Below, piece after piece: positions 34,582 to 46,591 of a stretch of 64,000 nt of DNA (position 1 is the stretch's first letter; every line of letters starts with the position of its first letter). Origin of the DNA: Squalus acanthias. Lineage: Eukaryota. The notes under the pieces are model-generated. The model made no database searches and had not been told where the DNA came from. It was given only the letters and a program-made list of their open reading frames with translations. The stretch is from the NCBI GenBank assembly GCA_030390025.1, contig CM059430.1:73222001-73286000 (forward strand), in the 5' to 3' direction. The translations under genes and the position numbers were made by a program.

Positions 34582-37500
34582 CATAGAATCATAGAATCAT
34601 AGAAGATGAGAGCAGGAGTAGGTCATTCGGCCCCTCTAGCCTGCTCCGCCAATCAATGCGATCATGGCTGATCCTCCAAATTCAGCACCCTGTCCCTGCT
34701 TTCTCCCCATATCCCTTGATCACTTTTGCCTTAAGAAATATATCCAACTCCTTCTTGAATCTATTTAATGAATTGGCCTCTACTGGCTTCTGTGGCAGAT
34801 AATTCCACAGGTTCACCACTCTCTGGGTGAAGAAATTCCTCCTCATTTCAGTCCTAAATGGCTTACCCCTTATCATTAGACTGTGACCACTGGTTCTGGA
34901 CTCCCCGACCATCGGGAACATCCTTCCTGCATCTAGTTTGTCTTGTCCTGTCAGAATTTTATAGGTTTCAATGAGATCCCCTCTCATTCTTATAAACTCC
35001 AGCGAGTAAAAGCCCAATCGACCCAATCTCTCTTCAGACATCATTCCTGCCATCCCTTGTATCAGCCTTGTGATTCTTCGCCGAACTCCTTCCATGGCAA
35101 GAACATCCTTCCTCAGATAAGGCGACCAAAACTGCACACAGTACTCAAGGTGTGGTCTCACCATGGCCCTGTACAACTGCAGCAAGACATCTTTGTTCCT
35201 GTACTCAAACCCTCTCGCTATGAAGGCCAACATAGCATATGCCTTCTTAACCGCCTGCTGCACCTGCATGCTTAACTTCAGCGACTGGTGCTCAAGGAAA
35301 CCCAGGTCTCGTTGCACTTTTCCTTTTCCCAATCTATTGCCATTCAGATAATAATCTGCCTTTCTGTTTTTGACACAAAAGTGAATAACCTTGCATTTAT
35401 CCAAGGTATATTGCATCTGCCACGCTCCTGCCCAATCACCCAAACTGTCCAAATCATCCTGAAGTTTCACGGCATCCTCCTCGCAGCACACACGCCCACC
35501 CAGCTTTGTGTCATCTGCAAACTTAGAGATATCGGGACAAAAATGCGGCCCTTCCCGGGTGAGTACACAGTCCGTACTCACCCGTAATGCGTCCCGAAGT
35601 GCCGGTTTCCTGCATGCACTGCGCATGCGCGGGAAACCGTAACTTCCGGTATGGTGAAGGGGCCGGTTCCGAGGTGAACCGCGTGCGCAGTAGAGGCTGC
35701 ACGCACGCAGCAAACGCAGATTTTTTTTCATGTGTCTACGTGAGGGTAAGTAGTGAAGAAACTATGCTATTAAAAAGGATGCACAGTACCCGTTTTCAAA
35801 AAGGTAAGTGGTTAATTAAGTATAATTTAAAAAATTTTCAACTGGTTTATCTTTTTTAGATACTTTAAAGAAAGGTAAGTTTATTTTTATCACTTTTAAA
35901 AAGTATTTTAAATTTTTCAAAAGTTTTAATTTTTGTTTAAAGTGGTTAATTTATTTAACTACAGTTATTTTATAAAGGTGATGGTTTAAAAAAAATGTTT
36001 ATGTTTAGCTGTTCTTTTGGGGCCGATTTCAATTCACAGATTTGACAGGTCTCCTGTCAAATCTATGAAGGAAAGATGGTCTGCTGCCATTGGCTCTCCA
36101 TGGCCCATGTGATCCCAGGGGTCGCATCACACTAACTACGCTCCTAGGACATGCAAGCACTGCGCGTCGGCTCTTGGAGCAGGACCAGTAGCTGAAGTTC
36201 CCGTGGGCCCAAAACACAACGGCAGACAAGATAGGTAAGAGCGCGCGTGATCCTTAATCCCGTGGCTAACCGGAGAGGCGATTTTCTGACCCAGTACATC
36301 TTGTTCCCTTGTCTAGATCATTAATAGATATTGTGAATAGCTGGGGTCCAAGGACCGATCCCTCCAGTACCCCACTATTCACTGCCTGCCACGCGGAAAA
36401 AGACACATTTATTCCAACACTTTGCTTTCTGTCTGCCAACCAGTTCTCTATCCAAGTCAATAGCTTGCCCACAATCCCATGTGCCTTAACTTTAAACGCT
36501 AATCTCTTATGCGGCACATTATGAAAAGCCTTTTGGAAGTCCAAATACACCACATCCACTGGTTCTCCCTTATCTATTTTACCAGTTACATCTTCAAAAA
36601 ATTCCAGTAGATTAGTCAAGCATGATTTACCTTTTGTAAATCCATGTTGACTTTGTACGATCCTGTCACTGTTTTCCATGTGCTCTGCTATTACATCTGT
36701 TATAATTAACTCTAGCATTTTCCCCACTACCGATTTAAGGCTTACTGGTCTGTAATTCCCCGTTTTCTCTCTACCACACTTTTTGAATAGTTGGGTAACA
36801 TTAGCTACCCTCCAATCCATGGGTACTGTTCCAGATTCCATCGAATGTTGGAAGTTGATCAGCAATGCATCTTCTATTTCAAGGGCCACTTCCTTAAGTA
36901 CCTTAGGATGTAGATTATCAGACCCTGGGGATTTATCGGCCTTCAATCACTTCAATTTCCCTAACACCATTTCCCTACAAATCTGATATCTTTCAGTTCC
37001 ACCCTTTCATCAGACCCTATGCTCCCCAACATCTCTGGGAGTTTATTTGTGTCCTCCTTTGTGAAGACAGAACCAAAATATGTATTTAATTGACCTGATA
37101 TTTCTTTGTTCCCCATTATAAGTTCCCCTGATTCTGACTGCAAGGGACCTATGCTTGTTTTCACTAATCTTTTTTCTCTTCACATATCTATAAATGCTTT
37201 ACAGTCAGTTTTTATGTTCTCTACAAGCTTACTCTCGTATTCTATTTTCCCCTTCTTAATGAATCCCTTTGTCCAGCTTTGTGGAATCTTAAACTGCTCC
37301 CAATCCTTAGGGTTACTGCTTTTTCTGTCCAATTTATATGCACACTCCATGAATCTTATGCTATCTCTAATTTCCCTTGTTAGCCACGGTTGAGTCACCC
37401 TTTTTGTTTTATGCTTATGCCAAATTGAATGAACAACTTCTGTAGTTCGTCCATGCGGTCTTTGAATGTTTGCTATTGTCTATCCACTGTCAACACTTTG

Positions 37501-38432
37501 AGTGGTATTCCCCAATCAATCCGACCCAATTCGCACCTCATATCATCGAAGTTTCCTTTATTTAAATTCAGGACCCTAGTCTCTGCGTCAACTACTTCGC
37601 TCTCCATCCGAATGAAGAATTCTGTCATATTATGATCGCTCCGACCCAAGGGGCCTCGCACAAGAAGATTGCTAATTAATCCTTTCTCATTGCATAATAC
37701 CCAGTCTAAGATGGCCTGATCTCTGGTTGGTTCCTCGGCATATTGGTGCAGGAATCCATACCGTAAACACTACAGGAATTCCTCCTCCATAGTATTGTTA
37801 CTAATTTGGTTAGCCCAATCTATATGTAGTTTAAAAGTCACCCATGATGACTGCTTTGCCCTTATTGCACGCTTCTCTAATTTCCCTTTTAATGCCATCC
37901 CCAAACTCCGCCTTACTGTTTGGAGATCTATATATCACTCCCACTAACTGTTTCTGCCCCTTGTTATTTCTCTATTCAACCGATACAGATTCCATATCAT
38001 CACAGCTAATATCCTTCCTTTCAATTGTGTTAATCCCATCTTTTACCAGCAATGCTAACCCACATCATTTTCATTTTTGCCGATCTTTCCTGAATATTGA
38101 GTACTCTTGGATGTTGAGTTCCCAGCCTTGGTAACCCTGGAACCATGTTTCGGTAATCCCAATCAAATCATATTCGTTTAGCTCTATTTGTGCAGCTAAT
38201 TCATCCACCTTTTTTCAAAAATGCTCCTTGCATTAAGACACAAAGCCTTCAGGCTTGTATTTTTAACGCTCTTAGACCTATTAGAATTAGCATTTACTGT
38301 GGCCATGTTTAATTTAAACCGTTGTTTTCTCTAACTGCGACTTTTGTTTTTCTCCTTCCTATCTTTTGCTGTTTCCTTGTTTCCCTTTCCTCTGTCTCCC
38401 TGCTCATGTTCCCAACCCCCTGCCATTTTAGT
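34582..38432 (-). mobile_element. Near full-length ORF2 of a HER1-like CR1 LINE, interrupted by a MITE
   Basis: APE endonuclease (PLGRSDHNM) through RT (QHGFTKGKSCLTNLLEFFE, FADDTKL) to the (CATAGAAT)n tail. Confidence 0.93.
35534..36292. mobile_element. Harbinger-type MITE inserted in the CR1 RT domain
   Basis: Ends GGGACAAAAATGCG / CGATTTTCTGACCC; host CR1 sequence resumes on both sides. Confidence 0.85.
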
Positions 38433-38821
38433 TATCTGGTATTAATGAACATTCTAGTGAAATTAAGGAAAATGTGGTTAAGAATAGTTAAAAGAAACCT
38501 TTCTCTTGGAAATGTTTTTGACTTTGGCTGTAATGCACTATAAGATAACTGCATTTGCCAGAGTGGTCACTACCAGAACCATCAGGGCAATGCAGGGGGA
38601 GATAGAGAAAGACCTCCAAACACACTAAATCTGTTGATAAGATAAACTGGAAGCCCATGAATGGCTTTAATCTAATGGCACATGTGCTCAAATGTGATAT
38701 GAGTAAGGCAACCATCATGCATAAATGCTTGATGAAGATGCACTGCACAATTGATCTCCGACATGCTCAGTTACTTGACAATAGCATGACATGAAATGGT
38801 TAATGTGGCTCAGGAGATTGA

Positions 38822-39421
38822 GAATTTAAAAAAAATCAAAACAAGACTACACCTTGAGTATTGTGTGCAGTTTTGGTCGCCTTATCTGAGGAAGGATGCT
38901 CTTGCCATGGAGGGAATGCAGCGAAGATTCACCAGACTGATACCTGGGATGGCAGCAATGACGTATGAAGAGAGATTCGGAAGATTGTTCTTGTATTCGT
39001 TAGAGTTTAGAAGAATTAGACGGGATCTCATTGAAACGTATAAAATTCGAACAGGACTAGACAGATTAAATTCAGAAAGGATGTTCCCGATGGCGGGGGA
39101 GTCCAGAACCAGGGGTCACAGTCTAAGAATAGGGGGTAAGCCATTTAGGACTGAGATGAGGAGGAATTTCTTTACCCAGGGAGTGGTGAACCTGTGGAAT
39201 TCTCTACCACAGAAGGCAGTTGAGGCCAATTCATTAAATATACTCAAGAGGGAGTTGGATATATTTCTTAAGGCTAAAGGGATCAATGGATATGTGGAGA
39301 AAGCAGGGACAGGGTACTGAATTTGGATGATCAGCCATGATCTCATTAAATGGTGGTGCAGGCTCGAGGGTCCGAATGGCCTACTCCTGCTCCTATCATC
39401 TATGTTTCTATGTTTCTATGT
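38822..39421 (+). mobile_element. HER1-like CR1 3' fragment
   Basis: HLEYCVQFWSPYLRKD...EKAGTGY*, (TTTCTATG)n tail. Confidence 0.93.
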
Positions 39422-39689
39422 CACATGCTCCACAGAACAACTGGCCAAATAATGAAACAATCAGTACAGAGTTAAACACACTGGTACCTATCAGAGAGAT
39501 TGAAATTACAGTAAAGAGGGACATAGAAGTCGTTTTTTCCAAAATTCAGCTTTACGTTCCTTTGAGTTTAAATGTAATTGGAACAATTGAGGGCTACGGC
39601 GAAATAATGCTTACCAAGAAATATCCTAAAAATGGATAAGGCTTAAAGGACAGCTGTAGAATCTTTTAGGATCCTGACTTCTTGATAAA

Positions 39690-40797
39690 ATGTAAACTGT
39701 AGCTTCCTGTGTAATGTATTATGGTTATTTGTCTGTATCACGATGTGTAATGTTGACCAAATGAAATTGAGTCTAAATGAGCCACTGTCTTGTGAAAGGT
39801 ATGCGATGCTAACAAGGCGAGTTCCTTAAATAAGGCGACGCATGGCAAACACGGGCTATTGGAGATTAAGACTGAGAAGCAGGAAAATAAACCATGTTCT
39901 TGGATTACTTCTGTAGTTTAAAAACCCTAATACTGAAAGACTGACATGCTTCTGAAACAACGTAATACTGACATTAAAAAGGGTGGTATCTATCCCTTGG
40001 AATCATGTATGGTGGGAGATGGAATAAAATGCCGGTCAACATCCATACTACCGCTTATTATCCGTGTCACTGCCCATCAACCCAATTATGGTATTAGGCG
40101 TCTTGCTCGTCCCTATCTGTTGGCTTAGTTACATAATGAGATGCTTGACTGTGCGAGCCCGTGCGTATGAGGCGGATGCATTAGGTAAAAGTTGAGGAAT
40201 CAGAAGATGTTTTGCATCCTCAAGGTGGGGAATATTATAGTATAATTCTCTTCATTACCGTTCAGTTTTAAGTTTTACTAGAGTAAGGATTATTATTAAG
40301 TTTTGTTAATCTATAGTTTTATTCTCCTCTTTAAAATTAAGCTGACAAGGTACAATGGACACAAAAGGCTTTTTAGTGGGTAACCATCTTATTATCTCTT
40401 CAAAGGTTATAAAGTGCAATGGACACAGCTGTAGCGTGTTAGAGTACATTAGATAAGGAAGCTCAAGAGAACAAATTGCAAGTCCTTGTGCACGTGAGAA
40501 ATATATGTAATTCGTTGGAAGTCAGCCTAAAGACATTGAGCTCTTGGCCCCCATCCCCTAGAAAGATATTTGGCTGCAGCAGCGAAGTTAGCATGAATTC
40601 ATATATAGTGTAGGGGTTTGCAGTGTTTAGTTGCAGAGAGCGACCACTGAAGGAGAAGGAAGAATAGGACAGTATCCAGAATATGCGTCCTACTAGAGGA
40701 AATCGGATAAATTCGTTTTACTTCTGTAACTTATTGACTCTTTACTGGAATGTTGTAAAAATCGTGTGTGCTTATAATAAAGGACCCCCGTTAACCA
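39690..40797 (+). mobile_element. Possible solo LTR; boundaries uncertain
   Basis: LTR-like composition with TATA-like and AATAAA-type motifs; no convincing TSD found. Confidence 0.3.
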
Positions 40798-41230
40798 AGT
40801 TTTCTGTCACCAGGCCTAATTGTACTTCACCTGTTTATGCAATCCCAACGCAATATTATCCAGCGCGATAGGATCGGGTTTCAGATGGACAGTTGAAACC
40901 CAACTTACTTTTTGACTGAATATTTTCCGAAATAAACTGTTAATCCAATCTTCAACATTCAGGTCCTGATGATTCAACCGTGTTTGTATTTAATATCAGC
41001 AAATTATTATTTGTTTGTGCATTGCTTGAATCCATCAACCGCTACAGTTTCCAACCTATTATGTCGTCATCTGGAAACCCTCAGTTTATGGATTGAATGA
41101 AAAGCAAGCTAAGCACCGTCCCTCACTTTTACTTTGCTACCACGTTCACTTATGTGAATCGCCTCAACATCATCCTCCTCACTCCAACATCTCCCTGAAG
41201 TCCCGCAGGATTTCCCTCCTTATCTGGTAC

Positions 41231-41696
41231 GTCAGACAATGGCTCAGTTGGCAGTACCCTCAACTCTGAGTCAGAAGGTAGTGGGTTCATAGTCCCACTC
41301 CAGAGACTTGAGCACAGAACTCTAGGCTCACACTCCAGTTTAGTGCTGAGGGAGTGCTGCACTATCGGAGGGGCCGTCTTTTGGATGAAACATTAAACTG
41401 ATGTCCCGTCTGCTCTCTCAGGTAGGCGTAAAAGGTCCCATGGCAGTATTTCCAAGAAGAGCACGGCACTTCTCTCCGGTATCCTGGCCAATATTTAGCC
41501 CTCAATCAACATAACAAAAACGGATGATCTGGTCATTATCACGTTGCTGTTTGTGCGAGTTTGCAGAGCACACATTACCTGCCCCGTCGCTTACATTAGA
41601 ACAGTGACTATACTTCAGAAAGTACTTCATTGGCTGTTAAGCGCTTTGGGATAACCGGTGGCCGTGTAAGGCGCTATATAAATGCAACTCTTTCTT
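41231..41696 (+). mobile_element. tRNA-derived Deu-domain SINE (SacSINE1-like)
   Basis: A box TGGCTCAGTTGG, B-box-like GGTTCATAGTCC, Deu-like core GGATGAAACATTAAAC...AAAGGTCCCATGGCA, L2-type tail GCGCTATATAAATGCAA. Confidence 0.82.
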
Positions 41697-41998
41697 ACCT
41701 CTCCCACGTCACACTTCTACCCTGACGAATGCTGATCTCCTATCGTAGCTTGGTTTATTCATCATCTCCACTGCTATCTCTTCGCTACTCTACATCAAAC
41801 GCAACTGGGTCAGAATTTTGCAATTCGCACTCTCACCCACAAAATGGTTCCACTGCAGAAATGTCATCCTTTCCAATCTCCAGATGTATTCGTCCTCATC
41901 TATAAATTTCCTGGATCTCGCCCAATCTACAATAGTTAACTACTATAACCAAACATCACACAAGCAACCGCGGCAGCTTTGACAACAGGTTACACCAC

Positions 41999-42750
41999 GG
42001 CCGGAAATTGCCCAGAGGAGGCTTCCTGTCTGCGGGCCTCATATCGGGAAAAAATCTATGCCTTTACCAGAGGGCTCCCGAGGACAGGCCAATTTCGATC
42101 CTGGGCCTCTCCAGGGCGAAATGCTCACGGCCCAGGTATCCAAGTTGCGCTTGCGGTTCACTTGGATCACGTGGGCCAGGCGAGCCAATGGGAGAAGGGA
42201 ATCGTAATTCATACTTTTGACAGATAGACCTGTCAACATTATGATGGGGATCACTGTAAAAAGACATTAAATCATTAAATAAATTATTTTTTAAAAATCA
42301 CGTTTTTAAAATGAGTTAAAAAGACATTAAATTAAACATTTTAAACAAAAATTTAATTTTTTGCGAAAAGTAATTAATGCTATTTTTCGGGGCTAAAAAT
42401 AAACTTATCTTTTTTTAAAAGCATTTTTAAATTATAAATGAGTGGAAAATAACGTTTTAAATTTTTTTTTTTAACTCTTATTCAGGTAAAAGCAGGTCTT
42501 ACGCATGCGTTTACCAGGCGTAAGGTTTTTAAGTGATATCAGCAGGCGGAGGTTCTGCAGAAAGCGGAACTCTCCACCCGCAGATGCCCTTCTCCAGGGC
42601 AGGCGTCCGATCTGTCAATAGGATTTCTGCAGATCGGAAATGCCGGTTGTCAGCTCAGGCGCTTCGCATGCCTGAAACCGGCATTTCCGATGTCCCTCCG
42701 GGTGTGTGCACACCTCGTACACACCCGTAATGATGGGGAAATACGGGCCC
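41999..42750. mobile_element. Full-length Harbinger-type MITE
   Basis: GGCCGGAAATTGCC / GGAAATACGGGCC; inverted homolog of 8945-9691. Confidence 0.85.
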
Positions 42751-43548
42751 TTGAAATCTACTCCTCCGATCACCACTGGTGGTCGCAGTTCAGGGTCTTC
42801 CATTCGGAATACACTCTCTGAAACTATCTGGGTTATTCTTTCCCTTCCTGCTCAAAAATAAACCTAAAGCTGTTTAATTCTCCTGTATCTTTGCCCCTCT
42901 TGAAACGTATCTGTACTTTTTTTCATCTAGTTAAGCGAACAGTTCAATACTTTCAGTAGATGCATTTGAATGTCCTATATAAATGCTAGTTTTTGCTTTA
43001 ACCATACACATTGTCAGTACTGTCGGGCAAGAGGTATCATAGCATTAACAATACATCTTCTGACATCACTAACATATCAGTGAGTACCATGCCAAAAAAT
43101 ATAAGAAATGCATATCCCAGAAATATTATGAAGAACATAAATTGAAATTTATTCTTGAGAGAACTCGAGACGAAATATAGTGGTCGAAAATAATTCAGTT
43201 TATATTTGAAGTAAAAATGATAAAATGTGTATAACCATTATTCTATACACATATATTTGTGGATAATTTGCCAAGCAGTTTTCTGATTAATATGGTTCTG
43301 AATTATAATGTTATTTACATGACCAAATCACGCATATGTTTTCGGAAACGCTGTTTAATTGCTCCATGCACTATTGTGAAGAAAAAAACACCAATATAAT
43401 CTAACAAAGTTCGGTAAACATATATTCGACTTTTCTTTGCAGATATGTTTGGACTCTCACGGCTGTAGCATAGACATAAAAAGGGGAGGTGACTGATTTT
43501 TTTCTCTTGAATTCCTAGTTAATGCAAGTTATTTTTTAACATTCGGAC

Positions 43549-44755
43549 TGAACAGAGGTGTTCCGCAAAGTGGTCACGAAATCTGCCTTTGGTCTCCCCA
43601 ATGTAGAGTATATCGCATCATGAGCAGCGAATACAGTATAAAGTACACGTAAATCGAAGTTTCACCTGGAAGGAGTGTCTGGGGCCCTGGATAGTGGAAA
43701 GGGAGGGGGTAAAAGTACAGGTGTTGAATATCCTGCGCTTGCATGGTAAGGTGCCGGGAGAAGGGCAAGTTGTGTTGGTGGTGATAGAGGTGTGGACCAT
43801 GGTGTCGCAGAGAGAGCGGTCCCTTTGCAATACTGAAAGGGGATGTGAGGGGAAGATGTATTTGGTGGCGGGATCAAAATGGAGGTGTCGGAAATGGTGT
43901 AGGATGATCCGTTGAAAGTGGAGGTTGGTGGAGTGAAAGGGGAAGACAGGTGGAACCCTTTCGTGGTTCCGGGAGGGAGGGGAAAGAGTGAGAGCAGAAG
44001 TGCAGGATTTAGAATGGACACGGTCACGGGCCTTGTCAACCACGGTAGAGGGGAATCCTCGGTTGAGGAAAAAGGAAGACATTTCAGAAGCAGTAGTATG
44101 GAACGTGGCATCGTCAGAGCAGATACGGTGGAGACAGAGAAACTGGGAGAATGGAATAAAGTCCATACATGACGCGCGGTGAGAGGAAGTGTAGTTCAGG
44201 TAGCTGTGGGAGTCAGTGGCCTTATAGTGAATGTTTGTTAATAGTCTATCCGCAGTGGTGGAGACAAGGAAGTCGAGGAAGGGAAGGGAAGTGTTGGAGA
44301 TGAACCATGTGAAGGTGAGGGAAGGGTGGAAATTGGAAGCAAAGTGAATGGAATTTTCTAGTTCAGGGCCAGAGCAGGAAACGGCACCGATACAGTCATC
44401 AATGTACTAGACAAAGAGGTCAGTAAGGGAGCCTGATTAGAACTGGAACAAAGAATGTTCCACATATCCCACGACAAGGCAGGCATAGCTAGGACCCATG
44501 CGGGTTCCCATAGAAGCACCTTTAATTTGGCGGATGTGAGTGGAGTCAAAGGAGAAGTTGTTCAATGTGAGAACAAGTTCAGCCAGGCGAAGGAGTGTGG
44601 TGGTGGAAGGGGACTGGTTGCGCCACAGTTTAAGGAAGAAGCGGAGTGCCCTCAGGCCATCCTGGTGGGAGATGGAGGTGTAGAGGGATAGGACATCCAT
44701 AGTCCATTTTCTCTTTTTATTTCAGATTTCCAGCATCCGCAGTATTTGGCATTTA
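43549..44755 (-). mobile_element. Second, degenerate Penelope-like element with a short inverted pLTR remnant
   Basis: MDVLSLYTSISHQDGL, GASMGTRMGPSYACL, IPFSQFLCLHRICSD, YCIRCS. 44701-44755 matches the pLTR at 53320-53370 in the opposite orientation to the ORF. Confidence 0.85.
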
Positions 44756-46110
44756 GCCAGAAAGATACTGAGGTTAAAAGGGTTAGATTATGAGGACAGT
44801 TTGCAGAGACTTGGCTTGCAGTCCCCTGAGTATAGATGATTAAGGGGTGAGCTGGGTGGTCGTGTGTGCTGTGATGAGGATGCATCGAAACTCCAGTATG
44901 ATTGGGACAGTGTGGGTGATTGGACAGATGCATGGCAGATGCAGCATAATGTGGATAAATGCGAGGTTATCCACTTTGGTGGCAAAAACCAGGAAGGCAG
45001 AAAATTATCTGAACAGCAATAGATTGGGAAAAGGAAAAGTGCAACGAGACCTGGGTTTCATTATGCACCAGTCGCTGAAGGTAAGCATGCAGGTACAGCA
45101 GGCAGTTAAGAAGGCAAATGCTATGTTGGCCTTCATAGCAAGAGGATTCGAGTACAGGAGCAAGGATGTCTTACTGCAGTTCTACAGGGCCTTGGTGAGA
45201 CCACACTTTGAGTATTGTGTGCAGTTTTGGTCGCCTTATCTGAGGAAGATGTTCTTGCCATGGAGAGAGTGCAGCGAAGATTCACCAGACTGATACCTGG
45301 ATCGGCAGGAATAACGTATGAAGAGAGATTGGATCGATTGGGCTTGTATTCGCTGGAGTTTAGAAGAATGAGAGGGAATCTCATTGAAACGTATAAAATT
45401 CTAACAGGACTAGACAGACTAGATGCAGGAAGGATGTCCCCGATGGTGCGGGAGTCCAGAACAAGTGGTCACAGTCTAATGATAAAGGGTAAGCCATTTA
45501 GGACTGAGATGAGGAGGAATTTCTTCACACAGAGAGTGATGAACCTGTGGAATTCTCTACCACAGAAGACAGTTGAGTCCAATTCATTAAATATATTCAA
45601 GAAGGAGTTCGATATATTTCTTAAGGCTAAGGGGACCAAAGGATATTGGGAGAAAGCAGGGACAGGGTACTGAATTTGGATGTTCAGCCATGATCGCATT
45701 GAATGGCGGAGAAGTATCGAGGGGCCGAATGGCATACGCCTGCTCCTATCCTCTATGCGCTAATTGAGGGCTTTAAGATAATTAGGGAAATTACTTAGTC
45801 TGGTTGGAGAGTCCAGAACTAGGAGAGATAACCTTAACATTAGAGCTAGGCTGCTCAGGTGTGATGCCAGGAAACACTTCTTCACACAAAGGGTAATGAA
45901 AATCAGGAACTGTCTCTCTCAATAAACTGTTGAGGCTAGTTCAATTGACAATTTCAAAACTGAGATTGATAGATTTCTGTTAAGCAACGGTGTTCAGGGA
46001 TGTGTAAACAAAGCATGTAAACATGTTTAGATACAGCCCAGCCCTGATCTAATTGAATTCCGGTAAAGGTTTGAAGGACTGAATGGTCCACTACTGTTTC
46101 TGCGTTCCTT
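44756..46110 (+). mobile_element. Older CR1 3' end with a younger HER1-like CR1 nested at ~44831-45759
   Basis: Host reads TTAAGGGGTGA / CTAATTGAGG across the insertion; both elements carry CR1 tails. Confidence 0.85.
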
Positions 46111-46324
46111 TATACCAAGCCTTCTGACATTGCAGCTTCTGCTAACTTCAGCAAATAGGGAAACAGGTCTCGCAATGGGAATCAAGGCTCGCTTCTGCTC
46201 ACTGGAGGAAGCCAGGCATCTCTCGCTGCACCAGACACAGCTTCCAATCGTCTGTCAATACTTTCCCATCAACATTTTCAGGCAATATCCACATAAATGG
46301 CAATGCAAAGGAAAAGCTCGCTAC

Positions 46325-46590
46325 ACAACAATAAATTGCAATTATATAGCGCCTTTAACGTAGAAAAAACGTCCAAGACGCTTCACAGCAACATAATAGG
46401 AGAGAAATCTACACTGAAGTAAAGGAGATATGAGGAGGCCAGACGGAAAACATGATCAAAGAAGTAGGCTTTAAAAATGTTTTTTAAATGAGTAGAGTGA
46501 GTTGGGCAGGGGGAGAGTTTTTGTCTGGTAATGCCAGTTTTGGAGGAACAGAGTTGCGGAGGGTTGTAGAGCTACAGAAGATTACAGAGT
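46325..46590 (-). mobile_element. L2 3' tail
   Basis: TTATATAGCGCCTTTAACGTAG...GCTTCACAG; similar to 60135-60400. Confidence 0.7.
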
Positions 46591-46591
46591 C

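Noticed and set aside
34682-35731. 349-aa ORF as a host gene
   Set aside because: It is a chance fusion: the N-terminus comes from the MITE at 35534-36292 and the rest is the CR1 RT C-terminus.
41231-41310. tRNA gene
   Set aside because: It is a SINE head that continues into a Deu-like core and LINE-type tail, with no Pol III terminator or clean cloverleaf.
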